From the NCBI GenBank assembly GCA_009835735.1, contig VXWX01000019.1:979-64978 (forward strand): a stretch of DNA of 64,000 bases, in the 5' to 3' direction. A program made the position numbers and the translations under genes. The notes beneath the pieces were generated by a model. It worked only from the letters and a program-made list of their open reading frames with translations, was not told where the DNA came from and ran no database searches. The number at the start of each line of letters is the position of its first letter. Positions within the stretch are counted from its first letter, which is position 1. This document shows, piece by piece, positions 54,815 to 64,000 of the stretch. Source of the DNA: Acidimicrobiaceae bacterium (GTDB taxonomy: Bacteria; Actinomycetota; Acidimicrobiia; Acidimicrobiales; Aldehydirespiratoraceae).

Positions 54815-55879
54815 ATGGCCCGAACCCGCAGCGCCATCATTGCCGGCACGGGACTCATCGGGGGCTCCGTCGGCCTGGCTCTGCGTAAGGCCGGGTGGCA
54901 GGTCACCGGTATTGAGCCCGACCCTCTACGAGCCGCCTCGGCCGTGGCCATGGGCGCGGTGGATTGCATCGGCGAACCGGCACCTTGCGACCTTGCCGTC
55001 GTCGCCGCTCCACCCTCAGTGCTGGCCCCGGTCGCCCAGCAACTGCTCGACGCTGGCGCGTCTATCGTCACCGATGTCGGCAGCGTCAAGGTGCCAGTGT
55101 GCAGCGCGGTGAACGATCCCCGGTTCGTAGGCGGCCATCCGATGGCAGGCAGCGAGCAGGACGGCTTGGACGGCGCCCATCCCGGCCTGTTCCGGAACGC
55201 GGTCTGGGTGCTCACCCCCACCGCGATGACTGACGATTCGGCCCTGGCCGACGTGCGCGAGATCGTCGCGCAGCTGGGAGCCCAGCCGATCGCGCTCTCG
55301 CCAGAGCGCCATGACGCGTTGGTGGCGGTCGTCTCCCATGTGCCGCACCTCACCGCGGCTGTGCTGATGCGCATCGCCGAAGGACGCTCGAATGAACACC
55401 GCGCCCTGATGAGGCTCGCGGCCGGCGGTTTCCGTGACATGACCCGGGTTGCCGCGGGCCACCCCGCCATCTGGCCCGAGATCTGCGTCGAGAACCGAGC
55501 CGCCATCACCGATGTTCTCGACGAGTTGCTGGACGAGCTGGCCGAGATGCGCCTGATCGTCTCCGGTGGCGATCGTGCGGAGCTGCTGGCCCGGTTGGAG
55601 GCGGCCCGCGAGAGCCGGCGGAGCCTGTCCACCGGAGCACCCGAGCCCTCGCGTCTGACCGAGGTACGGATCGCTATACGCGACCAGAAGGGCGAGCTGG
55701 CCAGGATCACAACCCTTGCGGCCGACCTCGACGTGAACATCTACGACCTTGAGATAGCGCACTCGGCGGAGGGGGCGCGCGGCGTGGTGCTGACTCTGGT
55801 CGACAGCGACGCGGCAGAGCAGTTCGCGCAGAGCCTGACCGACGCCGGGTATCGCCCGTCCCTCAACCCGCTCGGATGA
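54815..55879 (+). CDS. tyrA: Prephenate dehydrogenase with C-terminal ACT-like domain
   Basis: Rossmann IIAGTGLIGGSVGLAL, GGHPMAG, SHVPH and the tail (RIAIRDQKGELARITTLAADLDVNIYDLEI) support the call. Confidence 0.85.
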   Translation: MARTRSAIIAGTGLIGGSVGLALRKAGWQVTGIEPDPLRAASAVAMGAVDCIGEPAPCDLAVVAAPPSVLAPVAQQLLDAGASIVTDVGSVKVPVCSAVNDPRFVGGHPMAGSEQDGLDGAHPGLFRNAVWVLTPTAMTDDSALADVREIVAQLGAQPIALSPERHDALVAVVSHVPHLTAAVLMRIAEGRSNEHRALMRLAAGGFRDMTRVAAGHPAIWPEICVENRAAITDVLDELLDELAEMRLIVSGGDRAELLARLEAARESRRSLSTGAPEPSRLTEVRIAIRDQKGELARITTLAADLDVNIYDLEIAHSAEGARGVVLTLVDSDAAEQFAQSLTDAGYRPSLNPLG

Positions 55880-57171
55880 TGGAGTCGTTGGACATCGCCC
55901 CGCTTGAGTTCCCGCCGAACGCGACCGTGACGCTGCCGGGATCCAAGAGCATCACCAACCGGGCTCTGATCTGCGCCGCGCTGGCTTCGGGCGAGACCAC
56001 GCTCACCGGAGCTCTCTTCGCCGACGACACTGAAGCCATGGTTGAAGCGGTCAGGTCGCTGGGCGCCGAGGTGATCTGCACGCCCGACAAGGCGGCCATG
56101 CGGATCCGCGGCGCTGCGGGGACGGTCAATACGCCCGAGGGTGCCGTGGTGGACGCCCGAATGTCGGGCACGACGAGCCGTTTCATAGCGCCGGTGCTGG
56201 CCCTGTCCGAGCGGCCGGTGACCCTGGACGGCCATCCGCAGTTGAGGGCCCGGCCCTTCGGCGATCTGGCCGACTCGCTGCGGCGACTCGGCGCGCATGT
56301 GGAGTTCCCGTCCGGTGGTGACGGGCTGCCAATGCTGATCCGCGGACCCATCCGCTCCGACGAGGCTGCGGTGGCCACCGATCGTTCCAGCCAGTTCCTC
56401 TCCGGACTGATGCTGGCCGGGCCGCTCGTGCCGGGCGGGCTGAGCTTCAGAATCAACCGGTCGGCCGTGAGCTGGCCTTACGTGGAGATGACGGCGGCAG
56501 TGATGCGGTCGTTCGGAGCTGCCGTCACGGTTGAGCCGGAGGCAGTGCATGTGGCGGGGGACGGCTACAAGCCGGTGGAGAACTACGCGGTGGAACCGGA
56601 CGCTTCGGCGGCGTCCTACTTCTGGGCTACGGCCGCGATCACATCTGGGACGGTGGTAATCGAGGGTCTCGGAGCCGACTCCATCCAGGGCGACGCCCGC
56701 TTCGTGGCGCTGCTGCGGCAGATGGGAGCGTCGACGGAAGAGGACTCGAATCGCACAACCGTGACGGGCGGTCCGCTGCAGGGTGTCGACGTTGATCTTT
56801 CGGATATGTCCGACACCGCTCCCACGTTGGCCGTGGCCGCGTCACTGGCGTCAACACCGACCACGGTGCGGGGCATCGGGTTCGTGCGGGGCAAGGAGAG
56901 CGACCGGATAGCCGCCGTGGTCTCGGAGCTCCGCCGGTGCGGCGTCGAGGCGCGGGAGTTGGCCGACGGGTTCGAAGTCGTGCCCTCTCCGTCTCCGGTG
57001 GGTGCCCGAGTCCGCACCTACGACGACCACCGGATCGCGATGGCCTTCTCGGTGCTGGGCCTGGTGGTGCCGGGGATGCAGATCGAGAACCCCGGGTGCG
57101 TGGCCAAGACGTTCCCCGGCTTCTACGAGACCCTGGAGACTCTGAGGCTGCCCGCCGGAGCGCACCGATGA
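55876..57171 (+). CDS. aroA: 3-phosphoshikimate 1-carboxyvinyltransferase (EPSP synthase)
   Basis: LPGSKSITNRAL, an LFADDT-type motif, a GNSGTT-like MSGTTSRF and DHRIAMAF are present. It has an ATGA overlap with tyrA. Confidence 0.92.
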   Translation: MMESLDIAPLEFPPNATVTLPGSKSITNRALICAALASGETTLTGALFADDTEAMVEAVRSLGAEVICTPDKAAMRIRGAAGTVNTPEGAVVDARMSGTTSRFIAPVLALSERPVTLDGHPQLRARPFGDLADSLRRLGAHVEFPSGGDGLPMLIRGPIRSDEAAVATDRSSQFLSGLMLAGPLVPGGLSFRINRSAVSWPYVEMTAAVMRSFGAAVTVEPEAVHVAGDGYKPVENYAVEPDASAASYFWATAAITSGTVVIEGLGADSIQGDARFVALLRQMGASTEEDSNRTTVTGGPLQGVDVDLSDMSDTAPTLAVAASLASTPTTVRGIGFVRGKESDRIAAVVSELRRCGVEARELADGFEVVPSPSPVGARVRTYDDHRIAMAFSVLGLVVPGMQIENPGCVAKTFPGFYETLETLRLPAGAHR

Positions 57172-57184
57172 GGGTCACAGTCAT

Positions 57185-57853
57185 ATGAGGGTCATAGCCA
57201 TCGACGGTCCGGCCGGCTCGGGCAAGACCAGCGTCGCCCGGGCCGTGGCCGCCCGGCTCGGCCTGGAGTACCTCGACACCGGGGCGATGTACCGGGCGGT
57301 CACTTTCGCTGTGCTGCGGGCCGGCGGGGATCCCGCCGACAACGGCTTCAGCGCAAAGGTGGCCCGCGCCATCGACCTGCGGGTCGAGCAGGACCAGGTC
57401 TTCGTCGACGGGGTGGACGCCACCGTGGAGATCCGGGGGCGGTCGGTGAACCGGGCTGTGAGCCTGGTCGCGGCCAACCCCGACGTGCGGTCCGAGATGG
57501 TGGCCCGCCAGCGCGAGTGGGTCCGGCGCCGCGGCGGGGGAGTGCTGGAGGGACGCGACATCGGCACAGTGGTGTTCCCAGACGCCGCGGTCAAGGTCTA
57601 CCTGACCGCGGACCCCGCGGTCAGAGCCCTGCGCAGGGCCCGCCAGGACGGCCTGGCCGACGCACCGAACCCGCCCGACGGCGGACCCGAAGCCGCAGGA
57701 GTCGAGGCCGTCGCCGCCGATTTGGCCCGGCGTGACATGATCGACTCCACCCGCCGCGCCGGTCCGCTGGCATTGGCTTCGGACGCATTGGTGATCGACA
57801 CCACCGACAAGACCTTCGACGAGACGATCGAACAGATATTGGAACTGGTGTGA
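57185..57853 (+). CDS. cmk: (d)CMP kinase
   Basis: IAIDGPAGSGKTSVARAVA..LG..YLDTGAMYRAVT and EGRDIGTVVFPDA are present. Confidence 0.92.
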   Translation: MRVIAIDGPAGSGKTSVARAVAARLGLEYLDTGAMYRAVTFAVLRAGGDPADNGFSAKVARAIDLRVEQDQVFVDGVDATVEIRGRSVNRAVSLVAANPDVRSEMVARQREWVRRRGGGVLEGRDIGTVVFPDAAVKVYLTADPAVRALRRARQDGLADAPNPPDGGPEAAGVEAVAADLARRDMIDSTRRAGPLALASDALVIDTTDKTFDETIEQILELV

Positions 57854-58587
57854 GCCGCAGCGCATACGGGCGCCGTAGCGGAGCCGACCCTTCGGGCGAC
57901 GGCGCTTTCCGCCGCAGCCACCAGCCTTTGTGGGGGCGCATCCTCTACCGGGTCCTGCGGTCCATGGTCCTCGCCCTGTGCAAGCTGCTGTTCAGGCTGC
58001 GTGTTGAGGGCAAGGAGAACTTCCCGCCTGGTCCGTTCATCCTGTCGCCCGTACACCGGTCCTTCATCGACACCCCGATCGCCGGGATGGCCACCAGCAG
58101 GCGACTGCGCTTCATGGGAAAGGAGAGCCTGTGGGAGAACAGGCCCCTGGGCGCATTCCTCACCCTGCTGGGCGGTTTTCCCGTGGAGCGCGGAACCGCC
58201 GACCGCACCGCGCTGCGCGCCGCCACGGACGTGCTGGCACTCGGCGAGCCGCTGGTGATGTTCCCTGAGGGGACACGCCGCACCGGGGATCGGGTCCGGC
58301 GCGATGACATGCTGGACGGGCCGGCGTTCGTTGCGGCCCGCGCCGGGGTCCCGATCGTTCCCGTCGGGCTCGGCGGAACTGTCCGTGCCCTTCCAGTGGG
58401 TTCGTTCGTGCCGCGCCCCCGCCGGGTGGTCGTCGTTGTCGGCGAACCCATCCCGCCGCTCACCAAGGTCGACGGGCGGGTACCGCGCCGGGCCGTGAGC
58501 GAGGTCACCGACCGCCTCTTCGTCGAGTTGGGCGACCTCTATGTGGAGGCCCGCGTGCTTGCCGGTCAGGAACCGCCCCAGGCCTGA
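57850..58587 (+). CDS. plsC: 1-acyl-sn-glycerol-3-phosphate acyltransferase family protein
   Basis: HxxxxD box (VHRSFIDT) and FPEGTR motif are present. It has a GTGA overlap with cmk. Confidence 0.85.
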   Translation: MSRSAYGRRSGADPSGDGAFRRSHQPLWGRILYRVLRSMVLALCKLLFRLRVEGKENFPPGPFILSPVHRSFIDTPIAGMATSRRLRFMGKESLWENRPLGAFLTLLGGFPVERGTADRTALRAATDVLALGEPLVMFPEGTRRTGDRVRRDDMLDGPAFVAARAGVPIVPVGLGGTVRALPVGSFVPRPRRVVVVVGEPIPPLTKVDGRVPRRAVSEVTDRLFVELGDLYVEARVLAGQEPPQA

Positions 58588-58601
58588 AGCTGAATCAGGA
58601 T

Positions 58602-59723
58602 TTAGGCGACGGGGCGCGGGCTGAGCCTGTCGAGCAGATCGCTGGCGTCGATCGTGCGGTCGCTCAAGGGCTCCCGGTCTCGGGTTCGGGATCCGAGGCT
58701 CACGACGGCGGCCGCCTCCACGGCGGCCAGCAGGTCGCGAAGGTTGCGCGGCGGCGGGAAGTACTCGTCCTCGTCGATTACGGTCACCTCGTCGGTGCCC
58801 TGAGCCGGAGCCAGGCGCTCGATGACCCCCCTGACGAGGTCCTCGGGTGCGGAGGCTCCCGCAGTCACGCCGATCGTTCCCGATAGGTCGGAGGGAATTT
58901 CGTCGGCGTCGTTGATCCTCAGCACCCTGCGACAGCCCGCCTCAGCTGCCAAGTCCACCAAGGATTGAGTATTGGAAGAGTTGGCTGATCCGATGACCAG
59001 CACGGCATCGCACTCGGGCGCGATTTCCATCAGCGCCGACTGCCGGTTGGTGGTCGCGAAACAGAGGTCGCTGATGCTCGGCTGCCACAAGTCGGGGAAG
59101 CGCCGTCGGGTGTGCTCCAGCACACCCTCCCACTCACGGTGCGAGAGGGTGGTCTGGGCCAGGACGGCGACCGGTTCCTTGAACTCGGGCAGGGCGGCCA
59201 CGCCTCTGGCGTTCTCGACGCGGTAGATGGCCTCAGGGGCCACGGCCATCGTTCCCACCGCTTCCTCATGGCCCTCGTGGCCCACGTACACGATCTTGTA
59301 GCCCTTGGCGGCCCGGGTCTTGACCTCGTGGTGGACCTTGGTGACCAGGGGGCAGACGGCGTCCACGACGTAGCCGCCGCGATCGCGGGCATCCTGCACC
59401 ACCTCCGGGGCGGAGCCGTGGGCCGAGAGCATGATCGGCTCGCCGGGCGGCACCTCGGAGATGTCGTCGACGAACACGACGCCCGCGTCCTCAAAGCGCT
59501 TCACAACCTTCTGGTTGTGGATTATCTCGTGGTAGCAGTACACGGGCGGATCGAAGGCCTGAATCATCCAGGTCAGCGCCTTGATCGCCATGTCCACTCC
59601 GGCGCAGAAACCGCGGGGTGAGGCCAGTAGTACCCGATCGATCACGTTCCTCAGGCTAGTCGTTGACACCAGCGCTTGAGGCCCGCATTTGTGGCGGACA
59701 GCGGACGTTGGCTGTGGGGGCAT
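58602..59723 (-). CDS. ispH: 4-hydroxy-3-methylbut-2-enyl diphosphate reductase
   Basis: SPRGFCAGVDMAIKAL, HEIIHN and CPLVTKVH match, along with the conserved Cys triad context. The likely true start is GTG 59643-59645 (VIDRVLLASPRGFCAG). The first 26 codons of the track ORF are doubtful. Confidence 0.9.
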   Translation of the reverse strand: MPPQPTSAVRHKCGPQALVSTTSLRNVIDRVLLASPRGFCAGVDMAIKALTWMIQAFDPPVYCYHEIIHNQKVVKRFEDAGVVFVDDISEVPPGEPIMLSAHGSAPEVVQDARDRGGYVVDAVCPLVTKVHHEVKTRAAKGYKIVYVGHEGHEEAVGTMAVAPEAIYRVENARGVAALPEFKEPVAVLAQTTLSHREWEGVLEHTRRRFPDLWQPSISDLCFATTNRQSALMEIAPECDAVLVIGSANSSNTQSLVDLAAEAGCRRVLRINDADEIPSDLSGTIGVTAGASAPEDLVRGVIERLAPAQGTDEVTVIDEDEYFPPPRNLRDLLAAVEAAAVVSLGSRTRDREPLSDRTIDASDLLDRLSPRPVA

Positions 59724-59859
59724 ACTCGTGGCCGGCTAGTTGGGCCGAGATGGACGTGTATCCACCTTCTTCCGCGGTCATTGCCATAGACTGTGCTCGA
59801 TCTCGTCGTAGGGCATGCTGTTCGTGCGATGAGCTTCGGCGGGCCTAAGTCATCATAAA

Positions 59860-60153
59860 ATGGATCGAAAGGCAACTATAGCCATGATCGATGAAGAACA
59901 ACCCGAGCAGACTCAAATCGAGTGGCTGGGTACGACCGCGGCGGCCAAACGCCTCGGCATCACGACGCGAACGCTGTACCGCTTCATTGATGAGGGATAC
60001 ATCGCTGCCTACCGGATGGGCCGGGTGATCCGTGTCAAGGGCGAGGACGTGGATGCCTACATCGAGTCCTGCCGCATCGAGCCCGGCACCATCTCCCACC
60101 TCTATCCCGAGGTGGCGCCCCGGGTCTCGGAGCCCGATTCGGGCGACGACTAG
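59860..60153 (+). CDS. Excisionase-family (MerR-like) helix-turn-helix DNA-binding protein
   Basis: WLGTTAAAKRLGITTRTLYRFIDEGYIAAYRMGRVIRVKGEDVDAYIE is the excisionase/BldC-type HTH pattern. An alternative ATG lies at 59884. Confidence 0.75.
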   Translation: MDRKATIAMIDEEQPEQTQIEWLGTTAAAKRLGITTRTLYRFIDEGYIAAYRMGRVIRVKGEDVDAYIESCRIEPGTISHLYPEVAPRVSEPDSGDD

Positions 60154-60171
60154 ACCTGAGAGCGGCCTGGG

Positions 60172-61242
60172 TCAGAGCCGGATCTCGTAATACCAGTTGG
60201 TCGGGTCCAACTCGACGTCATGGCGGGTGAAGCGGGTGAAGCCGGCCCCTGTGACCATCTCCTCCAGCCGGGCCGGGTACAGCCCCAGGGTCCCCAGGCC
60301 CTCACCCCCCGGCTCTGACAGCGCGGAGGACATGCAGTAGAAGACTGACATCGCGTACATGTAGGGCAGCACCGGGATCTTCCGGTTGGATTCCAGGTCC
60401 CCGCGCCCCTTGATGTCGGCTACCAGCCACCAACCGTCGGCGGTCAGATTCCGCTTGGCGGCCGCGATCGCTTCCTGCGGTCGCGGAAGGTCGTGCAGCA
60501 CGTCGAGGGTCACCAGCAGGTCCACCGGCCCGAAGCGGTCCAGGTCGTCGAAGGTTCCCTGCTCGAAGGTCACGTTGTCGAGGCCCGCGGCTTCCGACTC
60601 GGCTCGGGCCGCGGTGATCGCCCGCTCGGAGGGGTCGATGCCCACCACGGTCGCCTGGGGGAAGCTCGACGCCAGCAGCCTGGCCGCGACGCCCGCGCCG
60701 CAGCCGACATCCACGATGCGGGCACGGCCGGCTCGCAGCCGGTCGGTCGCTCCATCGAAGGAGGCCAGGACGGTCGGTACGAGGAAGCTCTCCTGCCGTG
60801 CAGCTGACATGGCGCACTGCATGTGGCAGGCGTGCTCGCCGTGCTCGGCCCAAGTCATTCCCACGCCGGTGCGGAACGCCTCCGCGGTGCGCTCGATCTC
60901 GTGGTGCGTCATGGGAGGTCCGAACACCCCGGGCATGAAGGACCAGTGGTCCCTGTCGGTCAGCGCCACCCGGGCCTCAGGCGTCAGGGCGAACCGGCCG
61001 TCGTCATGCTGCACGAGTTCTGTGGCGGCCATGCCGTGCAACCACTCTCGCACCCAGCGTTCCTGGAAGCCGGATGCCTCGGCCAGTTGGGTGCTCGTGC
61101 AGGGCTCGGAGTCTCGGAGCGCTTCCCAGAGGCCCAGGCGCGTGCCCAGGTGCATGAGGGCTGAGACCATCTCCCCCTGCTTGATCCTGAAGAGCTCCAG
61201 GATCGTCAGGGGCAGCCGGTCGGGATCGAACTCGGTGCGCAT
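60172..61242 (-). CDS. Class I SAM-dependent methyltransferase with N-terminal winged-helix-like domain
   Basis: SAM motif I IVDVGCGAG, DLLVTLDVLHD and an N-terminal ~100 aa resembling a wHTH dimerisation module. The protein is 356 aa. Confidence 0.8.
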   Translation of the reverse strand: MRTEFDPDRLPLTILELFRIKQGEMVSALMHLGTRLGLWEALRDSEPCTSTQLAEASGFQERWVREWLHGMAATELVQHDDGRFALTPEARVALTDRDHWSFMPGVFGPPMTHHEIERTAEAFRTGVGMTWAEHGEHACHMQCAMSAARQESFLVPTVLASFDGATDRLRAGRARIVDVGCGAGVAARLLASSFPQATVVGIDPSERAITAARAESEAAGLDNVTFEQGTFDDLDRFGPVDLLVTLDVLHDLPRPQEAIAAAKRNLTADGWWLVADIKGRGDLESNRKIPVLPYMYAMSVFYCMSSALSEPGGEGLGTLGLYPARLEEMVTGAGFTRFTRHDVELDPTNWYYEIRL

Positions 61243-61246
61243 GCGA

Positions 61247-62530
61247 TCAGTCTGGTGCCTGCTCGGGTTGCACCCGGGCCTTTGAGGAGTAGTACGCGTC
61301 GCGGAAGAGGTTGCGGGCCATCAACGACTGCTCACTGTCGCGGCGGGTCCGGTACACCTCAGCCCTCGCGGCGTGGACCTCCTCGTCGGCGGGTGCGGCC
61401 TGGGCGGCCCACTCGACCAGCTGGCAGGCGAGCCGCAGCTCGCCCGCGTCGCAGAGCTCGGTGGCCCGCCGGGCCAGCGCTCCGGCCCCTCCGGCCAGAG
61501 CGGCCACCTCGGCTGCCACGGCGTGGTCGGGCGGGGGCTTGAGGCGGGCGGGGTTGGCGTCGTGCCAACCGCCGTAGAGGCGCCAGATGTTGCGCACTAC
61601 GAACTCGGGCTCGTCGTAGGAGGGGCGCAGGTAGGGCCGTTCCAGGAGATCGGTGGGCACCCGCACCGTGTGCACGATCTCATCGAGGCGAGCACCGGAG
61701 TTCATCATCTCCAGCGTGTCGCGCACTAAGCCCTCGAGCGCGGTGGCGGTGTCGTCGAGGACTCGGGCGATCCGCTCGGTGCCGGCGACGGGCAGGCCGT
61801 GCGCGGGAGCCAGCAGTGAGGGGCGCAGATCGATCATGCGCCGCAGCGCCGCGGCCCACTCCAAGGGGTAGCGCTGCGCCTTCTGGGGGTTGCCCGCGTT
61901 CGGGAAGGCCCAGATGACCAGGTCACCGGTGAACAGAACCCCCTGCTGCGGTACCCACGCGATTGTGTGATCGTCGGTCTCGCCCTTCTCGTGAATCAGT
62001 TGCATCCTGGTCTGGCCCACCTCCAGCTCCAGTCCGTCGGAGTAGGTCACCTGAGGCCGTACCCAGTCGAAGTCCAAGAACCCGGCCCTGTATCTCCTGC
62101 CGAACTGGCGGGCGTTGATGCACTCGTTGTAGCCGCGGGTGAGTTCGTAGCGGCTGAAGCGTCGCGCCACGGCGTCGTGGGCTACCACCCGTGGCGAGCG
62201 ATGCCTGCGCGCTGCGGCGTCGTCCCGAAAGACAGACGCGCCACTGACGTGGTCCACATGCCCGTGGGTGTAGACGATGGTGTCGACCGGAACGTCCCGC
62301 CACCGGCGGAGATGCTCCAGCGCGGCCGACGCGAAGTCGGGCTGGGAGGTGTCCACCACCGCGAGCCCCTCGCCGGTGTCGAGTGTCCAGATGTGGGAGA
62401 AGCCGCACACTATCCCCACGCCGTCGGCGATCTCGTGGAACGACGCGTCCAGGGGATTGACGCTCTCGGGTCCCTCGTAGACGGACCCGTCGATGAAACG
62501 GGCCGAGCGTTCGAGCAGCGACTCAGCCAC
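61247..62530 (-). CDS. MBL-fold metallo-hydrolase with alkyl-sulfatase-type dimerisation-like C-terminal domain
   Basis: HxHxDH motif (YTHGHVDHVSG), then a helical C-terminus (LARRATELCDAGELRLACQLVEWAAQAAP) like the alkyl-sulfatase dimerisation domain. No SCP2 domain is present. Confidence 0.75.
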   Translation of the reverse strand: MAESLLERSARFIDGSVYEGPESVNPLDASFHEIADGVGIVCGFSHIWTLDTGEGLAVVDTSQPDFASAALEHLRRWRDVPVDTIVYTHGHVDHVSGASVFRDDAAARRHRSPRVVAHDAVARRFSRYELTRGYNECINARQFGRRYRAGFLDFDWVRPQVTYSDGLELEVGQTRMQLIHEKGETDDHTIAWVPQQGVLFTGDLVIWAFPNAGNPQKAQRYPLEWAAALRRMIDLRPSLLAPAHGLPVAGTERIARVLDDTATALEGLVRDTLEMMNSGARLDEIVHTVRVPTDLLERPYLRPSYDEPEFVVRNIWRLYGGWHDANPARLKPPPDHAVAAEVAALAGGAGALARRATELCDAGELRLACQLVEWAAQAAPADEEVHAARAEVYRTRRDSEQSLMARNLFRDAYYSSKARVQPEQAPD

Positions 62531-62568
62531 GGGGTGTGCGCCGGTGCGAAATGGTCTGCATGGTTACG

Positions 62569-62640
62569 AGCGGGCGACCGGAATCGAACCGGCATCATCA
62601 GCTTGGAAGGCTGAGGTTCTAGCCGTTGAACTACGCCCGC
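62569..62640 (-). tRNA. tRNA-Gly (anticodon TCC)
   Basis: The reverse complement reads GCGGGCGTAGTTCAACGGCTAGAACCTCAGCCTTCCAAGCTGATGATGCCGGTTCGATTCCGGTCGCCCGCT. The acceptor stem is GCGGGCG/CGCCCGC, the anticodon loop is cT-TCC-aa, the T arm is CCGGTTCGATTCCGG and the discriminator is U. Confidence 0.9.
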
Positions 62641-62749
62641 GGGGTCCTCACGGTAGCGGTCTTCAACCGTGGCCGTGCTTCGATCATGGAGCCGGTCGGG
62701 CGGCGCGACTGCCGTAGTGCCGCGGGGCTGCACGGGTACACTCGCGGCC

Positions 62750-64000
62750 GTGCACAGCAGCGTCGAGACGCTCACCGACAACCGCGTCCGACTGACCGTC
62801 GAGTTGGACGAGGCAGAGTTCGAGACCCAGGTCGAGGCGGCCTTCAAGCGCATCGCTCGTGAGGTGAGGATTCCGGGTTTTCGCCCCGGAAAGGCGCCCC
62901 GACGGCTGTTGGAGGCGCAGCTGGGACCGGTGGCGGGCCGGGCAGAGGCTCTGCGGGCCTCCCTGCCCGACTACTACGCCCGCGCCGTCGTCGAGCACGA
63001 CATCGACGTCATCGACGCGCCCCGCATCGAGGTCACCGAGGGTTCGGAAGCAGGTCCGGTGTCCTTCGAGGCGGTGGTCGACGTCCGCCCGGCCATTCTG
63101 GTGTCGGGCTACGACGAGTTGAGCGTGCAGATCCCCAGCCCCGCAGTTGACGAGGACGAGGTTGTCGCCGAGATCGACAGGTTCCGCACGCAATTCGCGG
63201 AACTGGCTCCGGTGAAGCGGGCTGCGGTCGATGGCGATCATCTCACCATCGACATCACCGGCACCCTGGGCGGCGAGACCATCGACGGTCTCACGACCTC
63301 CGACTACGACTACTTGCTCGGCACCGGGGCGGTGGTACCCGAGATTGACGAGAACCTGCGCGGTTCCACCGCCGGCGACATCTTGGAGTTCCTGGCCTCG
63401 CATCCCGATCCGGAGGAGGATCAGAAGCTCCGTTTCCGAGTGCTCGTCAAGGAAGTGCAGGAGGCCGTCCTGCCCGACCTGGACGACGAGTTCGTGGGGG
63501 CCAACACCGAGTTCGACACCGCCGAGGAGTTCCGCGCCGCGCTCGAGACCGGGCAGGCCAGAACCAGGGTGATGTACGCCGAATCGGTGCGCCGCGAGGC
63601 CATCGCCTCCGCGGTGGCTGATCTTGTCACCGACGAGGTCCCCGACGCGATGATCACGTCGGAGGTAGAGACCCGGCGCGAGAGCCTTGCGAGAGACCTC
63701 GCTCAGCGGGGTTACGAACTCGATGACTATCTCGACAGCATCGGCCAGTCCCGCGAGGAGTTCGAGGACGGCCTGCGGCTCAGCGCCGATCGCAGCGTCA
63801 AGTTGGATCTCGCTCTGCGGGCCGTCGCCGTGGCCGAGGGTCTCGAGGCGGACGAGGCCGCCGTCGATGCCGAACTGGAGCAGGCCGTGCTCGCCGCCAG
63901 CAACGGAGCCGAGGTCGATGCGGCGGCCGAAGCCGCCCGACTGCGCGACGCGCTGGCCTCTTCCGGACAGCTGTCGGACATGCGTTCCCAGATCTCCAAG
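62750..64000 (+). CDS. tig: Trigger factor (3' end outside the window)
   Basis: This gene is not in the supplied ORF track because there is no stop in the window. Hand translation from GTG 62750 gives VHSSVETLTDNRVRLTVELDEAEFETQVEAAFKRIAREVRIPGFRPGKAPRRLLE..., the trigger-factor N-terminal ribosome-binding signature. The frame is open to base 64000. Confidence 0.9.
   Translation, partial: MHSSVETLTDNRVRLTVELDEAEFETQVEAAFKRIAREVRIPGFRPGKAPRRLLEAQLGPVAGRAEALRASLPDYYARAVVEHDIDVIDAPRIEVTEGSEAGPVSFEAVVDVRPAILVSGYDELSVQIPSPAVDEDEVVAEIDRFRTQFAELAPVKRAAVDGDHLTIDITGTLGGETIDGLTTSDYDYLLGTGAVVPEIDENLRGSTAGDILEFLASHPDPEEDQKLRFRVLVKEVQEAVLPDLDDEFVGANTEFDTAEEFRAALETGQARTRVMYAESVRREAIASAVADLVTDEVPDAMITSEVETRRESLARDLAQRGYELDDYLDSIGQSREEFEDGLRLSADRSVKLDLALRAVAVAEGLEADEAAVDAELEQAVLAASNGAEVDAAAEAARLRDALASSGQLSDMRSQISK

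Overview
The window looks like a high-GC chromosomal segment from an Actinomycetota-like organism. This is inferred from the conserved gene order tlyA-nadK-pyrG-nudix-xerD ... scpA-scpB-rluB ... cmk-plsC. Most of it is housekeeping or metabolic: tldD/pmbA, uppP, plsY, moeA-moaA-moaC, a branched-chain amino-acid-type ABC transporter, amt, an amidase/hydrolase nitrogen-scavenging neighbourhood, pyrG, xerD, trpS, tyrA-aroA, ispH, tig, and two tRNAs. The outstanding feature is a roughly 21 kb stretch of visibly lower G+C (about 29.85-51.1 kb) lying between xerD and trpS/scpA. It carries 11 co-directional minus-strand genes, many with 4-nt stop/start overlaps. I read these as a complete Dpd-type 7-deazaguanine DNA modification/restriction system. 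It has a TGT-like DpdA, a DGQHR/DndB-like DpdB and a possible DpdC. It also has an SNF2 helicase, a RecQ-like helicase, a giant DExH helicase, a P-loop NTPase, a PLD/HKD nuclease and several proteins of unknown function. The island has no preQ0-biosynthesis genes, integrase, flanking tRNA or detectable direct repeats. Its last gene overlaps convergently with an extended 3' tail of xerD. Secondary curiosities are listed below.
- A eukaryote-like ERG4/ERG24 (DHCR7-type) sterol-reductase homologue.
- A fused LivM-LivG permease-ATPase.
- A possible GatC/AtzG-like mini-ORF in front of an amidase.
- A perfect 20-nt direct repeat in the livF-livH spacer.
- A Ruc/FmdB-like zinc-ribbon protein with a repeat-encoded Ser/Asp/Lys tail.
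The many long ORFs antisense to real genes are treated as high-GC artefacts. All functional calls rest on motif recognition by eye. No searches were run.
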